Assembly: GCA_029245025.1 (NCBI GenBank)
Contig: JAQWQC010000008.1
Location: forward strand, 44,734 to 108,733
DNA: 64,000 bases
DNA from: Rhodospirillaceae bacterium
GTDB lineage: Bacteria; Pseudomonadota; Alphaproteobacteria; Rhodospirillales; Rhodospirillaceae
Direction of reading: 5' to 3'
Position numbers and translations under genes: made by a program. Position 1 is the first letter of the stretch. Every line of letters starts with the position of its first letter. Shown in pieces: positions 38,230-47,964 of the stretch. Under the pieces are notes generated by a model, which made no database searches, had not been told where the DNA came from, and worked only from the letters and a program-made list of their open reading frames with translations.

Positions 38230-38306
38230 GCGCCCGTAGCTCAGCTGGATAGAGTACCAGATTCCGAATCTGGGGGTCACAGGTTCGAATCCTGTCGGGC
38301 GCGCCA
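38230..38306 (+). tRNA. tRNA-Arg (anticodon CCG)
   Basis: Cloverleaf folded by hand. Acceptor GCGCCCG/CGGGCGC, D-loop AGCTCAGCTGGATAGAG, anticodon loop TTCCGAA, T-arm ACAGG-TTCGAAT-CCTGT, encoded CCA. Confidence 0.9.
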
Positions 38307-38328
38307 TTTCCGTAAAGGGGTGTTCTGC

Positions 38329-38922
38329 TTAGCTCGATGTTTTAGACCGTTGTCTCCACCGTTTGGTCTTTCCGGCTAAGGCAAGTACGATTAGACAGCT
38401 CATAGTTGCCCAAATCACACCCATCGCCGGTAATTTTACTCCATGAACAGCAGCTGTAACTGACGCGAGTAAAGACGGGGCTATTGGAGGTGACGTGATG
38501 AGAATATGAAACCCAACATTCTCAACCAAGTCTATAAGAGTTGGCACAAAAGGGAGAAGCACGAGCCCTCTTTTTGCCGCAGAGATAAGCCAAGGAAATC
38601 CACTTAAACTGATTAGCTGAGCGTACATCAATGATGAAAAAAGTCCGCTGGAAATCGGAAAAACAACATCGACAAGCGTGAATACCAAGTAGGCCCGTTG
38701 CGCTTCTGCGTTGTAGCGATCTAGCCCTGACAGGATATCATCAGCACTGAGTGGAAAGGTGATGTCAAAAGGGTCCAATCCGCCAGTAGCGGTGACAATA
38801 GGAGGGATGAGTACATTAGTGATGACGGCAATAAGAACCATCGCAAGCGTGAACGTAGCCAGCGCAGTCTGCCAAGACGCTACGCGCATAATCCAATTAG
38901 ACATCCGGGACATTTTTAACAC
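38329..38922 (-). CDS. hypothetical multi-pass membrane protein
   Basis: 197-aa ORF with about 5 hydrophobic segments, abutting the upstream ORF stop. No recognisable family. The start is ambiguous (GTG 38922 or ATG 38913). Confidence 0.55.
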   Translation of the reverse strand: MLKMSRMSNWIMRVASWQTALATFTLAMVLIAVITNVLIPPIVTATGGLDPFDITFPLSADDILSGLDRYNAEAQRAYLVFTLVDVVFPISSGLFSSLMYAQLISLSGFPWLISAAKRGLVLLPFVPTLIDLVENVGFHILITSPPIAPSLLASVTAAVHGVKLPAMGVIWATMSCLIVLALAGKTKRWRQRSKTSS

Positions 38923-39615
38923 CTACTCGTTGATAGGAAGGGTGAACAGTTGGTCATCACGAACAGCTAATATGATCCCCTCGTTAACGCCAAGACCCTG
39001 GGAGACAAAAGTAACGTTTTGGTAGTCTCGACGCTCGACAGCAGGTTTGTTGCCAAATGCGCCGGTGTTGCCGCTGATCACAATTACTTTCGCGTATGCT
39101 TCGCGCAATGGAGTAATCAGTGACAGATTGTGTGGTAATGGATCAGGAATGCCATCAATGGGATTCTCTATTTCTGTGGGGTTAGGCCTCAAAATGCTAT
39201 TGGCAAGAATGAACAGGGTGTTTGTCGATCCTGCGTTATTCAGGGTGCGACCTATAGCTTCAGGCGTGATGGCCCAGGGGTGCTCAATCGTATCGACAAG
39301 CAAAAAGGTGGCGGCTTCTTTCACTATTATTGCTGGGTAGGTCATGCCGAAAGCCTGCAGGAAAATACTGTGATCTGCATTGGGACTGAAACCGCTGTCA
39401 TGATTTCCAGGCACTGCATAGATCTCACCGCTATATTCAGACATGTCGCGTTTTAGATTGGTGAACCATTCCTGACTTGGGCTCGGCAGCATGTCGCCTG
39501 TAAAATATATGTCGCCAAACCTGACCGACTGCTCTTTTAGGAATTCAGCAAGCCTTCCATCGACTGAACCTTGTTGGGCGTCGCGCGGATCTCCATCGGC
39601 ATGACCGATAATCAA
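38923..39615 (-). CDS. metallophosphoesterase (calcineurin-like) domain ORF, possibly the 3' part of a gene interrupted by an in-frame TAG
   Basis: Motifs GDIYFTGDM and VPGNHD. TTG start sits immediately after an in-frame TAG that closes a 57-codon signal-peptide ORF (39616-39789). Confidence 0.65.
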   Translation of the reverse strand: MIIGHADGDPRDAQQGSVDGRLAEFLKEQSVRFGDIYFTGDMLPSPSQEWFTNLKRDMSEYSGEIYAVPGNHDSGFSPNADHSIFLQAFGMTYPAIIVKEAATFLLVDTIEHPWAITPEAIGRTLNNAGSTNTLFILANSILRPNPTEIENPIDGIPDPLPHNLSLITPLREAYAKVIVISGNTGAFGNKPAVERRDYQNVTFVSQGLGVNEGIILAVRDDQLFTLPINE

Positions 39616-39974
39616 CTACGTGTCCGTGATGTTGGTGCTCTCAAATGTACCGATGTTCAATTGAGAAAGTCTGCACGTCTCGTATGAATTGGCTTCGACG
39701 GCGACGGATTCTGGATCGCTTCTCGTCAAGGCGCTTGCAGCAACACCGAGGGCAATAAGTGGGGCTGTTATCAGAGTTGCTTTTTGCATGACAGGTATCT
39801 TTTAATACAACAATGAGCCAGAGGCGCGACCTGACGTTTATCCGACAGCTGGATACAATAGGCCAGGGAGCTGATTAGTTGGCAAGGTAACGCGGTAAAC
39901 CCTTGCCTCTTTCGAGGACGCTCGCCTACGGTGTACCGACACTAAAATGAAGAAAGAGTTTTGGAGACATCCTT

Positions 39975-40406
39975 ATGCGTTCATACCTAGTTGCCCTTGC
40001 AGCGGTGCTCGTTTCGACCAATGCCTGTGCCCAATCTGAAGAGTGGCCACGAGTAGAATCAGCACCTGGAGCGGTTGCTTACATAATCTCTCCCTCCAAT
40101 GGAGAGGTCGTTTCCAGCCCGTTTAAGGTTCAGTTTGGTTTGTCGGGCATGGGCGTGGCCCCCGCGGGTATTGAGTATCCTGATACAGGTCATCACCACC
40201 TCTTAGTTAACCGGGCGCCGCTGGCCATGCATATGCCGTTGCCATCAGGAGAGGCGGATTTACTTCATTTTGGTGGTGGCCAAACAGAGGCGACGCTGAC
40301 CCTGGAACCAGGGCAATATACCTTACAGATGATTTTAGGGGACCAAGACCACGTTCCCCATGATCCGCCGGTTATGTCTAAAATCGTGACTATTTCGGTC
40401 GAGTAA
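39975..40406 (+). CDS. DUF4399-like secreted protein
   Basis: Signal peptide MRSYLVALAAVLVSTNACA, then GMGVAPAG...TGHHHLL...HFGGGQTE...GDQDHVPH, the pattern I associate with DUF4399. GGAGA 8 nt upstream. Confidence 0.7.
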   Translation: MRSYLVALAAVLVSTNACAQSEEWPRVESAPGAVAYIISPSNGEVVSSPFKVQFGLSGMGVAPAGIEYPDTGHHHLLVNRAPLAMHMPLPSGEADLLHFGGGQTEATLTLEPGQYTLQMILGDQDHVPHDPPVMSKIVTISVE

Positions 40407-40608
40407 GGAGTTGTCCATCTCTCAACGTTGCTCAACAGGCTTGAGTCTTGGCATTGTTGATTCCCGCAGATCCCTAACAAGTGGTCGCGGCCATCTTTGC
40501 CTTGAATCCAACTCTACAGTTTTGGATCAAAGATAACCTGATAAGGCCGTTTCGATGATTTCGGTACAGCCCTAACCGACGGTACCTGAATTGCTCTCAT
40601 TTTCCGTA

Positions 40609-41343
40609 ATGTCGGCGCCAGAAAACCTCTTGGTGCTCATATTGGTTTCCTTGCTCGGACTTGTTTGCGGCAGTTTCGTGACGGCTTTATCCTATCGATT
40701 GCCGCGCGGCAAAGACTTTGTGCTAGGGCGGTCACAGTGCCCAGAATGTATGAACCAATTGTTAGCCCGTGACTTAGTTCCTGTATTATCTTGGCTGATA
40801 TCCAGAGGCAAATGTCGTCAATGTGGAGTGGGGATATTAAACCGTTACCCAGCAATAGAGATTTTATGTAGCGTATTGTTTGTAACGGTAGCGCTTGCCG
40901 CAGACCCGTGGTCGTTAATCCGCATAATTCTACTCTGGGGCTTGGTCGTTGGTCTTCTTGCCCTCTCAGTCATAGAATTGGAGTTTCGACTTCTGCCCAA
41001 TAGGTTAATTCTATTTGTATTTGTGTTCTGCGGTGTTCTAGCCTGGATGGACAAACGGGCGGCAGGTGATGTCACGATTGGTTTGGCCGCGACCCTCGTG
41101 GCGGGCATTTTTTTGCGCGTTTTCGGTCAAATTATTAATAAAAAACCAGGATTGAGATGGGATGATATCAAGTTGGCGACAGCCGTCTCAATTGCTATTC
41201 CGATAGCAAAGGTGGCTACGTTTTTGGCCTTTGGCGGGGGGTTGGTGCTGATTTTGGCGGTTTGGCATGATGTGATGCGTAAACAACGATGCTTTCCCTT
41301 TGGAACAGCAATATGCGGAGGGGCTTTCGCTGCCCTTTTGTGA
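40609..41343 (+). CDS. A24-family prepilin peptidase homolog
   Basis: N-terminal GSFVTALSYRLPRG plus two Cys pairs (CPEC...CRQC), multi-TM, and DIKL corresponding to GGGDVKL. The ORF track starts at TTG 40591. Confidence 0.8.
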   Translation: MSAPENLLVLILVSLLGLVCGSFVTALSYRLPRGKDFVLGRSQCPECMNQLLARDLVPVLSWLISRGKCRQCGVGILNRYPAIEILCSVLFVTVALAADPWSLIRIILLWGLVVGLLALSVIELEFRLLPNRLILFVFVFCGVLAWMDKRAAGDVTIGLAATLVAGIFLRVFGQIINKKPGLRWDDIKLATAVSIAIPIAKVATFLAFGGGLVLILAVWHDVMRKQRCFPFGTAICGGAFAALL

Positions 41344-41500
41344 GGCTAGAAATCTCGGTGAACTTGAGAATGATTAGGATCAGTGTGTTTTGTCCACAAA
41401 GCCTTTCTGATCGAAACGAACAGGGCATGCAGCCGCGCTGAATGTAATAGAGGGTTACGGTTTCAGCGCGGTTTGAACTGGGTTGTGCTAACCTCAGTAA

Positions 41501-42256
41501 ATGTGGGCCGATATTGTTGATTTGCGGGATTTTTACGCCTCGCCACTGGGCTGCCTGGTTTGCCGAGTATTGCGCCAGCACGTCCGTACATTGTGGCCGG
41601 ATGTGAGAGGTGAGCGGGTTCTTGGTGTTGGCTTTGCCACCCCTTTTCTTTCGCAGTTTCAAGAGGAAGCCGAGCAGGTGGCAGCGGTCATGTCGCCTAC
41701 CCAAGGTGCTATGCGTTGGCCGGTTGGTGAACCGGGCCTAGTCACTTTGGCTGATGATGGCGCGCTGCCGTTTCAAGACCGGTTGTTCGACCGTATTGTT
41801 TTGGTCCATTCCCTCGAGAGTAGTGCGAATTTTCGTGACCTGCTCAGAGAGTGCTGGCGGGTCCTCGTCGATGGTGGGCGGCTTATGGTTATTGTGCCCA
41901 ACCGGCGCGGTATGTGGGCGCGTATCGAACGAACACCCTTCGCTTACGGTCGTCCCTATTCGATGAACCAATTGAGTCGACTTTTACGCGACGCCTTTTT
42001 TATGCCGGTTGAAAAATCAACGGCTTTGTTTTTTCCGCCGTTATGGTGGCCCTTGTTTGCGTCTTGGACATTGGTGGTTGAGCGCATCGGACGTCGTTTC
42101 TTGCCCACGATCGCCGGCGTGAACCTCATGGAGGCAACAAAACAAATCTATTCGGCCCCACCTCAGGCTGCGACTGCACGCCGATTGAAAGACTATGTGT
42201 TGGTGCCTGGAAATGCAGCGCCAGCCCGAACGGCAAATAGACTTATTGCGCGCTAG
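41501..42256 (+). CDS. class I SAM-dependent methyltransferase
   Basis: 251 aa with VLGVGFATPFL and FDRIVLVHSLE...LLRECWRVLVDGGRLMVIVPN, a methyltransferase type-11-like pattern. Confidence 0.7.
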   Translation: MWADIVDLRDFYASPLGCLVCRVLRQHVRTLWPDVRGERVLGVGFATPFLSQFQEEAEQVAAVMSPTQGAMRWPVGEPGLVTLADDGALPFQDRLFDRIVLVHSLESSANFRDLLRECWRVLVDGGRLMVIVPNRRGMWARIERTPFAYGRPYSMNQLSRLLRDAFFMPVEKSTALFFPPLWWPLFASWTLVVERIGRRFLPTIAGVNLMEATKQIYSAPPQAATARRLKDYVLVPGNAAPARTANRLIAR

Positions 42257-42894
42257 CGTCGCAACACGAACAACGCTTGTTCGCTAAAAAGATTCGCCAG
42301 CCAGCTGGTGGCATTGTAGCTCCGCTTTTGACCGCTACTATTTAGGGCAAAGCCCGCTTCAATGGTGACGCCCAATTCATTAACCAAAGACAGAAAATCT
42401 TTGATGGTGCAGAGATGAATATTCTCAGTGCTGTACCAAGAATCAGGAAGCGTAGGCGTCGCAGGCATGCGGCCGGTCAGCAACAAAGCGAGCCGTACCT
42501 TCCAATGACCAAAGTTGGGAAATGACACCACCGCGTGGGTGCCGAGACGCAACAGTCCCTCCAAAACTTCTTTCGGGTTGCGAGTCGCCTGGAGGGTTTG
42601 GCTTAAGATCACGTAGTCAAAGGCGTCGGCTGGATAGTGCTTCAGGTCCGCTTCCAGATCGCCCTGAATAACGGCAAGCCCTTCTCTCACAGCGCTGCTC
42701 ACCCGCGCCATTGAGAGCTCCAGGCCGCGGCCATCCACCTGTTTGAAGTCCCGCAAATAGGCCAGGAGCATGCCGTCGCCACAGCCAACATCCAAGACTC
42801 GGCTGTCTTGCTTGATTTGATTGGCCACCAACTGGAGATCGACGCGGATACTCGCTTTGTCGTGGGCTGGGAGTTGTGAGGGGGCAGGGGTCAC
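42253..42894 (-). CDS. metW: methionine biosynthesis protein MetW
   Basis: [12 protein letters not shown] motif. 4-nt overlap with metX upstream. Confidence 0.9.
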   Translation of the reverse strand: MTPAPSQLPAHDKASIRVDLQLVANQIKQDSRVLDVGCGDGMLLAYLRDFKQVDGRGLELSMARVSSAVREGLAVIQGDLEADLKHYPADAFDYVILSQTLQATRNPKEVLEGLLRLGTHAVVSFPNFGHWKVRLALLLTGRMPATPTLPDSWYSTENIHLCTIKDFLSLVNELGVTIEAGFALNSSGQKRSYNATSWLANLFSEQALFVLRR

Positions 42895-44060
42895 GCGCTT
42901 TCTCCTCTTGCACCTTCTCCAAGACCAATCGCCCGAGCGGCACCATCCAAGAATCCACGCAGTGCGCCATGAAATTCTGGCTCATCCAGCAAGAAGGCAT
43001 CGTGACCCTTGTCTGACTCAACTTCGACAAAACTGACCTTGGCCGCGTTGGCGTTCAGCGCGTGCACAATCTCACGGCTCTCTGCGGTCGGGAACAACCA
43101 GTCGGACGTGAACGAGATTAGACAGAACCGAACGTTAGTATCCTTAAACGCGTTGACCAGGTTGCCGCCGTTTTCCTCAGCTAAGTCAAAGTAATCCATG
43201 GCCCGTGTGACATAGAGATACGAATTCGCATCAAAGCGATCGACAAAAGTATAGCCCTGGTGGCGCAGATAACTCTCAACTTGGAATTCTGCATCAAACC
43301 CATAGGTCAGGTTTTCGCGATCTTGCAGTTTGCGGCCAAATTTTCGATGCAGTGCCGGTTCGGACAAATAGGTGACGTGGGCCGCCATGCGTGCAACGGC
43401 TAAGCCGCGCTTTGGAACGGTGTTTTCTTCCAAGAACTTTCCCTGGCGCCAATCGGGGTCAGCCATGATGGCCTGACGGCCGACCTCATTGAAGGCAATG
43501 TTTTGTGCCGAATGTCGGTACGACCCTGCAATCGGCACAGCCGCTGTGATGCGTTCTGGGAACCGATGGGCCCATTCCAAAGCCTGCATCGCGCCCATTG
43601 ATCCCCCGGTGACACAAAAGACCTTCTCTATTCCCAGCTGCTCGAGCAATCGGGCTTGTGCTTGGACCATGTCCCGAATGGTAAACACCGGGAAATCCAG
43701 TCCATAGGGTTTGCCACTTTTTGGATTGGTTTCCTTTGGGCCCGTTGAGCCCATGCAGCCGCCAAGAACGTTGGTCGCTATAACAAAATAGCGGTTCGTA
43801 TCTATGACTTTTCCCGGGCCAACAAGATGATGCCACCAGCCCTCGCGGCCGCTAATCGGGTGTATGCCTGCGACATATTGGTCTCCGGTCAGAGCGTGAC
43901 AGACCAAGACCGTGTTAGATTTCTCGTCATTGAGCGTCCCATAGGTCTGATAGGCGATAGTGACCGGCGACAGAGAAACCCCTGATTGTAGTATCAAAGG
44001 CTCCTCCAGGGTGAGCCTGGGGGCTAGGGTCTCATCAGCAATGATGTCTGCGTCGCTCAT
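42891..44060 (-). CDS. metX: homoserine O-acetyltransferase
   Basis: 389 aa with nucleophile elbow [12 protein letters not shown] and a typical N-terminus (...[21 protein letters not shown]). Confidence 0.95.
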   Translation of the reverse strand: MSDADIIADETLAPRLTLEEPLILQSGVSLSPVTIAYQTYGTLNDEKSNTVLVCHALTGDQYVAGIHPISGREGWWHHLVGPGKVIDTNRYFVIATNVLGGCMGSTGPKETNPKSGKPYGLDFPVFTIRDMVQAQARLLEQLGIEKVFCVTGGSMGAMQALEWAHRFPERITAAVPIAGSYRHSAQNIAFNEVGRQAIMADPDWRQGKFLEENTVPKRGLAVARMAAHVTYLSEPALHRKFGRKLQDRENLTYGFDAEFQVESYLRHQGYTFVDRFDANSYLYVTRAMDYFDLAEENGGNLVNAFKDTNVRFCLISFTSDWLFPTAESREIVHALNANAAKVSFVEVESDKGHDAFLLDEPEFHGALRGFLDGAARAIGLGEGARGESA

Positions 44061-44211
44061 GGTGTGCCTTGTTTTGAGCGTCCTGTGACGCCTTAAGAAT
44101 CAGACAAAACAGCCGCAAGTGGCTGCTCTGTCAATGTTTTCTTTGATTTCGCCAAGCCATGCAACTAAGACTGAATGGAATTTGGCCAACTTCCAACTCG
44201 GTGTAGGCACC

Positions 44212-45312
44212 ATGGCGCTCCCGCAGCCCCGCGCCGGACTCATGGATATTTCTCTCTATGAGGGCGGCAAGTCGAGCCTTAAGGGGCACGATCGGGTCAT
44301 TAAATTGTCCTCAAACGAAAGTGCCCTGGGTCCAAGCCCGGCGGCGCTATCCGAGTATGTGGCGGTTGCGTCTGAGCTGGCGCGGTACCCAGATGGGTCT
44401 GTCGCATACCTCAAGGCGGCTATACATGAGGTGCACGGTTTAGACTCAGATCGTCTTATTTGTGGCGCAGGGTCCGACGAAATTCTTTGCCTGGTCTGTC
44501 GGGCGTACGCTGGTCCTGGCGATGAGGTGATTCATACAGAGCACGGTTTCTTGATGTATGGCATCTACGCGCGGAGCGTTGGCGCGACGCCGGTCGTTGT
44601 GCCCGAAACAAATTTGACCGCCGACGTTGATGCCATCCTTGCGGCTGTGACCGATGCCACCAAGGTGGTTTTTGTCGCCAATCCTAACAATCCGACGGGA
44701 ACAGTTTTGTCGACTGCGGAGCTTGCGCGTCTTCGCGAATCTCTTCGCGAAGACATTGTGCTGGTTGTCGACGGCGCCTATGCAGAATTCATGGACGATT
44801 ACGATTACGATGGCGGCCGAGCGTTGGCAGAACGCACATCAAACACGTTGATTACGCGGACCTTCTCAAAAATTTACGGACTTGCGAGTTTGCGCGTTGG
44901 GTGGGCTTTTGGACCAAAGTCAATCATCGAAACTTTGGAAAGGCTGCGTAGCCCATTCAATATAAACGGGGTAGCGATAGCAGTCGCAGCTGCAGCCATG
45001 CGCGATGTTACCCACACAGAAAATGCAAAAGCCCACAATAATCGATGGATGAGTGTCGCCGTGCAGCGTTTGAGAGCGTTGGGGTTAGCCGTAATAGGTG
45101 AGTCGGGTAATTTTGTTTTGCCAGAATTCCCAGGTGCGCCCGGTAAAACGGCAGCTGATGCTGATGCGTTTTTGCAAAGTAAGGGTATGATCGTCCGCCG
45201 CGTTGAGAACTACGGTTTGCCAAATCACTTGCGCATCACTCTGGGTAGTGACGAAGAAATGGAATTGGTCCTGAACGCACTCACACAGTTTATGGGGGGA
45301 AGCAGTGGCTGA
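44212..45312 (+). CDS. hisC: histidinol-phosphate aminotransferase
   Basis: LSSNESALGPSP, NPNNPTG and RTFSKIYGLASLRVGW (PLP lysine). ATG 44212 is preferred over the ORF-track GTG 44119. Confidence 0.9.
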   Translation: MALPQPRAGLMDISLYEGGKSSLKGHDRVIKLSSNESALGPSPAALSEYVAVASELARYPDGSVAYLKAAIHEVHGLDSDRLICGAGSDEILCLVCRAYAGPGDEVIHTEHGFLMYGIYARSVGATPVVVPETNLTADVDAILAAVTDATKVVFVANPNNPTGTVLSTAELARLRESLREDIVLVVDGAYAEFMDDYDYDGGRALAERTSNTLITRTFSKIYGLASLRVGWAFGPKSIIETLERLRSPFNINGVAIAVAAAAMRDVTHTENAKAHNNRWMSVAVQRLRALGLAVIGESGNFVLPEFPGAPGKTAADADAFLQSKGMIVRRVENYGLPNHLRITLGSDEEMELVLNALTQFMGGSSG

Positions 45313-46192
45313 CGTGCTGTTTGAAAAAGTTGCGTTCATTGGGGTCGGCTTGATCGGGTCTAGTATGGCGCGCCGTATGAGCGCAGATGGCCTTATGTCA
45401 GAAATTGTGGCCTGCGCACGCTCGGAAGAAACGCGCACGAAGGTTGTCGACCTGGGTATTGCATCACAGACCTTTGAAGATCCAGCGGCTGCGGTCGATG
45501 GCGCAGACCTTGTTGTTATCGCCACGCCTATCGGCAGCTGCGGCGCCATTGCGCAAGCCATTGCCCCAGCTTTGAAGCCGGGCGCCATTGTCACCGATGT
45601 GGGGTCCGTTAAGCAGGCCGTGGTCGACGCGGTGGCCCCGTATCTTAGTGCAGAGAATGCCTTTGTGCCTGGTCACCCCATTGCCGGTACGGAAGAGTCT
45701 GGACCTGAAGCCGGTTTTCCAGAGCTGTTTGATGGCCGTTGGACCATCTTAACGCCCACGGACGGAACTGATGCTGAGGCTGTTGAAAAAGTAAAAGTGC
45801 TTTGGCAGCGGATGGGCGCGATGGTCGACACTATGACGCCATCTCACCACGACATGGTGCTGGCAATCACATCGCATTTGCCGCACCTGATTGCCTATAC
45901 GATCGTTGGCACGGCCACTGACCTGGAAGACGATCTGCGCCAAGAAGTGATGAAGTACTCAGCGTCAGGTTTCCGCGATTTTACCCGCATTGCTGCGTCG
46001 GATCCGGTTATGTGGCGCGATATATTCCTGAACAATCGAGACTCAACACTCGAAACCTTGCAGCGGTTCTCCGAAGATCTCACGGCTCTACAGCGTGCGA
46101 TCCGTCGCGGAGAGGGGGATGTACTCGAGGAATTGTTTGCGCGGACTCGTAAAATTCGACGCGGCATCATCGATGCAAAACAGGCATACTAA
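45305..46192 (+). CDS. tyrC: prephenate/arogenate dehydrogenase
   Basis: NAD site FIGVGLIGSS, GHPIAG and ITSHLPHLIAY. Overlaps the hisC end. Confidence 0.85.
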   Translation: MADVLFEKVAFIGVGLIGSSMARRMSADGLMSEIVACARSEETRTKVVDLGIASQTFEDPAAAVDGADLVVIATPIGSCGAIAQAIAPALKPGAIVTDVGSVKQAVVDAVAPYLSAENAFVPGHPIAGTEESGPEAGFPELFDGRWTILTPTDGTDAEAVEKVKVLWQRMGAMVDTMTPSHHDMVLAITSHLPHLIAYTIVGTATDLEDDLRQEVMKYSASGFRDFTRIAASDPVMWRDIFLNNRDSTLETLQRFSEDLTALQRAIRRGEGDVLEELFARTRKIRRGIIDAKQAY

Positions 46193-46196
46193 CGAC

Positions 46197-46865
46197 ATGG
46201 CTACAGACCTAACTCTCGTGATTGCCAACAAGACTTATTCCTCCTGGTCGTTGCGGCCATGGCTGGCGTTGACACATTTCGACGTATCATTCGACGAGAT
46301 CGTCATTCCGCTCTATCAGGACGATACCTCCTCAGAAATAAGAAAGCATTCGCCAGCAGGAAAAGTGCCGGTGCTCCATCACGGCAGTATTACCGTCTGG
46401 GAGTCCATGGCAATTATGGACTACTTGGCTGATGCGTTTTATGATCGCCGTTGGTGGCCAGCTGACCCCCATGCCAAGGCGCACGCTCGCACCATTGCAG
46501 CGGAGATGCATGCAAGTTTTGGTCCGCTCCGTAATGCCATGGCGATGAACCTTAGCAAAATTTATCCAGCACGTAAGTGGGCTGACGACGTCAACTCAGA
46601 TGTGATTCGGGTTCAAGAGGTCTGGCGCGACGCTCGCAGTCGATTTGGTGCTGATGGAGACTTTATGTTTGGCGATTTTACTATTGCTGACGCTATGTAT
46701 GCGCCCGTTGTTGCCCGGTTCAAAACCTATGCAATTGAATTAGATGCAACATGTGCCGCTTATGCGGCAGCGATTTTAAGTCTGCCAGCGATGCAGAAAT
46801 GGACCGCAGAGGCAGCTGAAGAGCCTTGGGTGATTGATCACTACGCTCCACCGGAATCGATTTAG
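46197..46865 (+). CDS. glutathione S-transferase family protein
   Basis: N-terminal NKTYSSWSLRPWLAL and a GKVPVL thioredoxin-fold pattern. ATG 46197 is preferred over ORF-track 46095. Confidence 0.8.
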   Translation: MATDLTLVIANKTYSSWSLRPWLALTHFDVSFDEIVIPLYQDDTSSEIRKHSPAGKVPVLHHGSITVWESMAIMDYLADAFYDRRWWPADPHAKAHARTIAAEMHASFGPLRNAMAMNLSKIYPARKWADDVNSDVIRVQEVWRDARSRFGADGDFMFGDFTIADAMYAPVVARFKTYAIELDATCAAYAAAILSLPAMQKWTAEAAEEPWVIDHYAPPESI

Positions 46866-46868
46866 CTT

Positions 46869-47912
46869 TTACTCCCAGCGCACCATCGGAATATCTGTCA
46901 CCTCGAACGGTCCGACAGTTAGGAGCTGGTCTTGAAGGGATAGCGGCACCTGCACTTCGGGGGTGTCGCTTCCCTGCGGGGTTTTTGCCAACAAACCTAA
47001 GATTACCTGAGCTGATGCCGCTTGTCCGGGTTTAATCCGTCGATTGGCTTCAAGCGCACGCAGTCCTTTATTGAACCCCGTGATCCGGGTCGAGAACGCG
47101 GCAACCGGTTGCAGTGTTTCATCAAGCATGATCGTGCCTCCGGCATCGATGGTGAGAGGGGGCCACTCCAATAACACCCGGCGGACTTCCAAAGTCCCGC
47201 CCCCTTGGCGCCACGCGTCCATCGCATCCTGCAGGCGCCCAGGCCGAATTTCGCCAATCAGATCAGCCTCCAATTGCAATGTGCGAATCACAGGGTCGAA
47301 GGGGCGAAGGTTCAGCGCGGGGCGGAGGTTTTTGCCATGGCCAGAGAAGCTGGCGAAAATATCGTCTGTCGATCGGGGTGAGGCGGTCAGTGAGAGCTCA
47401 AGGTCGAGCAGCGACGTTCGGACCAAAGGTAGGCGCCGACCATCGAGCACCTCCGCGTCTTCCAAAATAACGTGACCTCGTTGCAATCGGCCGCTGGAAT
47501 CCAGATTTATTTCAAAATCAGCCCGTGCCGCGTCGGCGATCAACGGACCATTTGTCGCCCAAGGGGCGCTAAAGGTATGTCGACCGGGTGTTTGAACAGT
47601 CAATTGCGTGAGATCGAACGCCGCGGGAACAAGCGTGACCCGTTCTGCAGCCCACGACCATGCGCCCTCTTCAAGGGGGGCGGTCACCGACACGTCATCT
47701 AAGATAACGAGAGGCCAGCGCGGAAACCCATCAAGTCGAGGGTTTGATATGGCGACTACCCAGCCATCCCGTCTTTGCTTTTCAATCCATGCGTCTGTGA
47801 TGTCTCGCGCGCCGAAGGCTAAGGCCGCCCATAGGCCGACATAAATCAACGCCGCAGCAATTAGGGCGCCGGTAAAACTCCAAAGGACTTTTCGTGAGGC
47901 TGAAACACACAT
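46869..47912 (-). CDS. DUF2125-like membrane-anchored protein
   Basis: N-terminal TM helix, then WIEKQRRDGWVVAISNPRLDGFPRWPL, resembling alphaproteobacterial DUF2125 proteins as I recall them. Confidence 0.55.
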   Translation of the reverse strand: MCVSASRKVLWSFTGALIAAALIYVGLWAALAFGARDITDAWIEKQRRDGWVVAISNPRLDGFPRWPLVILDDVSVTAPLEEGAWSWAAERVTLVPAAFDLTQLTVQTPGRHTFSAPWATNGPLIADAARADFEINLDSSGRLQRGHVILEDAEVLDGRRLPLVRTSLLDLELSLTASPRSTDDIFASFSGHGKNLRPALNLRPFDPVIRTLQLEADLIGEIRPGRLQDAMDAWRQGGGTLEVRRVLLEWPPLTIDAGGTIMLDETLQPVAAFSTRITGFNKGLRALEANRRIKPGQAASAQVILGLLAKTPQGSDTPEVQVPLSLQDQLLTVGPFEVTDIPMVRWE

Positions 47913-47964
47913 GAACGCACATTAGCATGGTTGACGGGCTGGATTGTGGCGCTACAAGGGCACT

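Noticed and set aside
42253-42256. Convergent methyltransferase and metW genes share overlapping stop codons through the palindrome CTAG.
   Set aside because: This is real but trivial. A 4-nt convergent overlap reflects compact gene packing and has no implied function.
44061-44211. Possible SAM-II (metA/metX-type) riboswitch in the metX leader, since alphaproteobacterial metX genes often carry one.
   Set aside because: Reading the minus-strand leader, I could not find the conserved AAAGCU / GCUAAAAA-type elements. There is only a small CAGCC-ACTTGC-GGCTG hairpin followed by TTTTG. That is not enough to call a riboswitch, and an Infernal scan with RF00521 would settle it.
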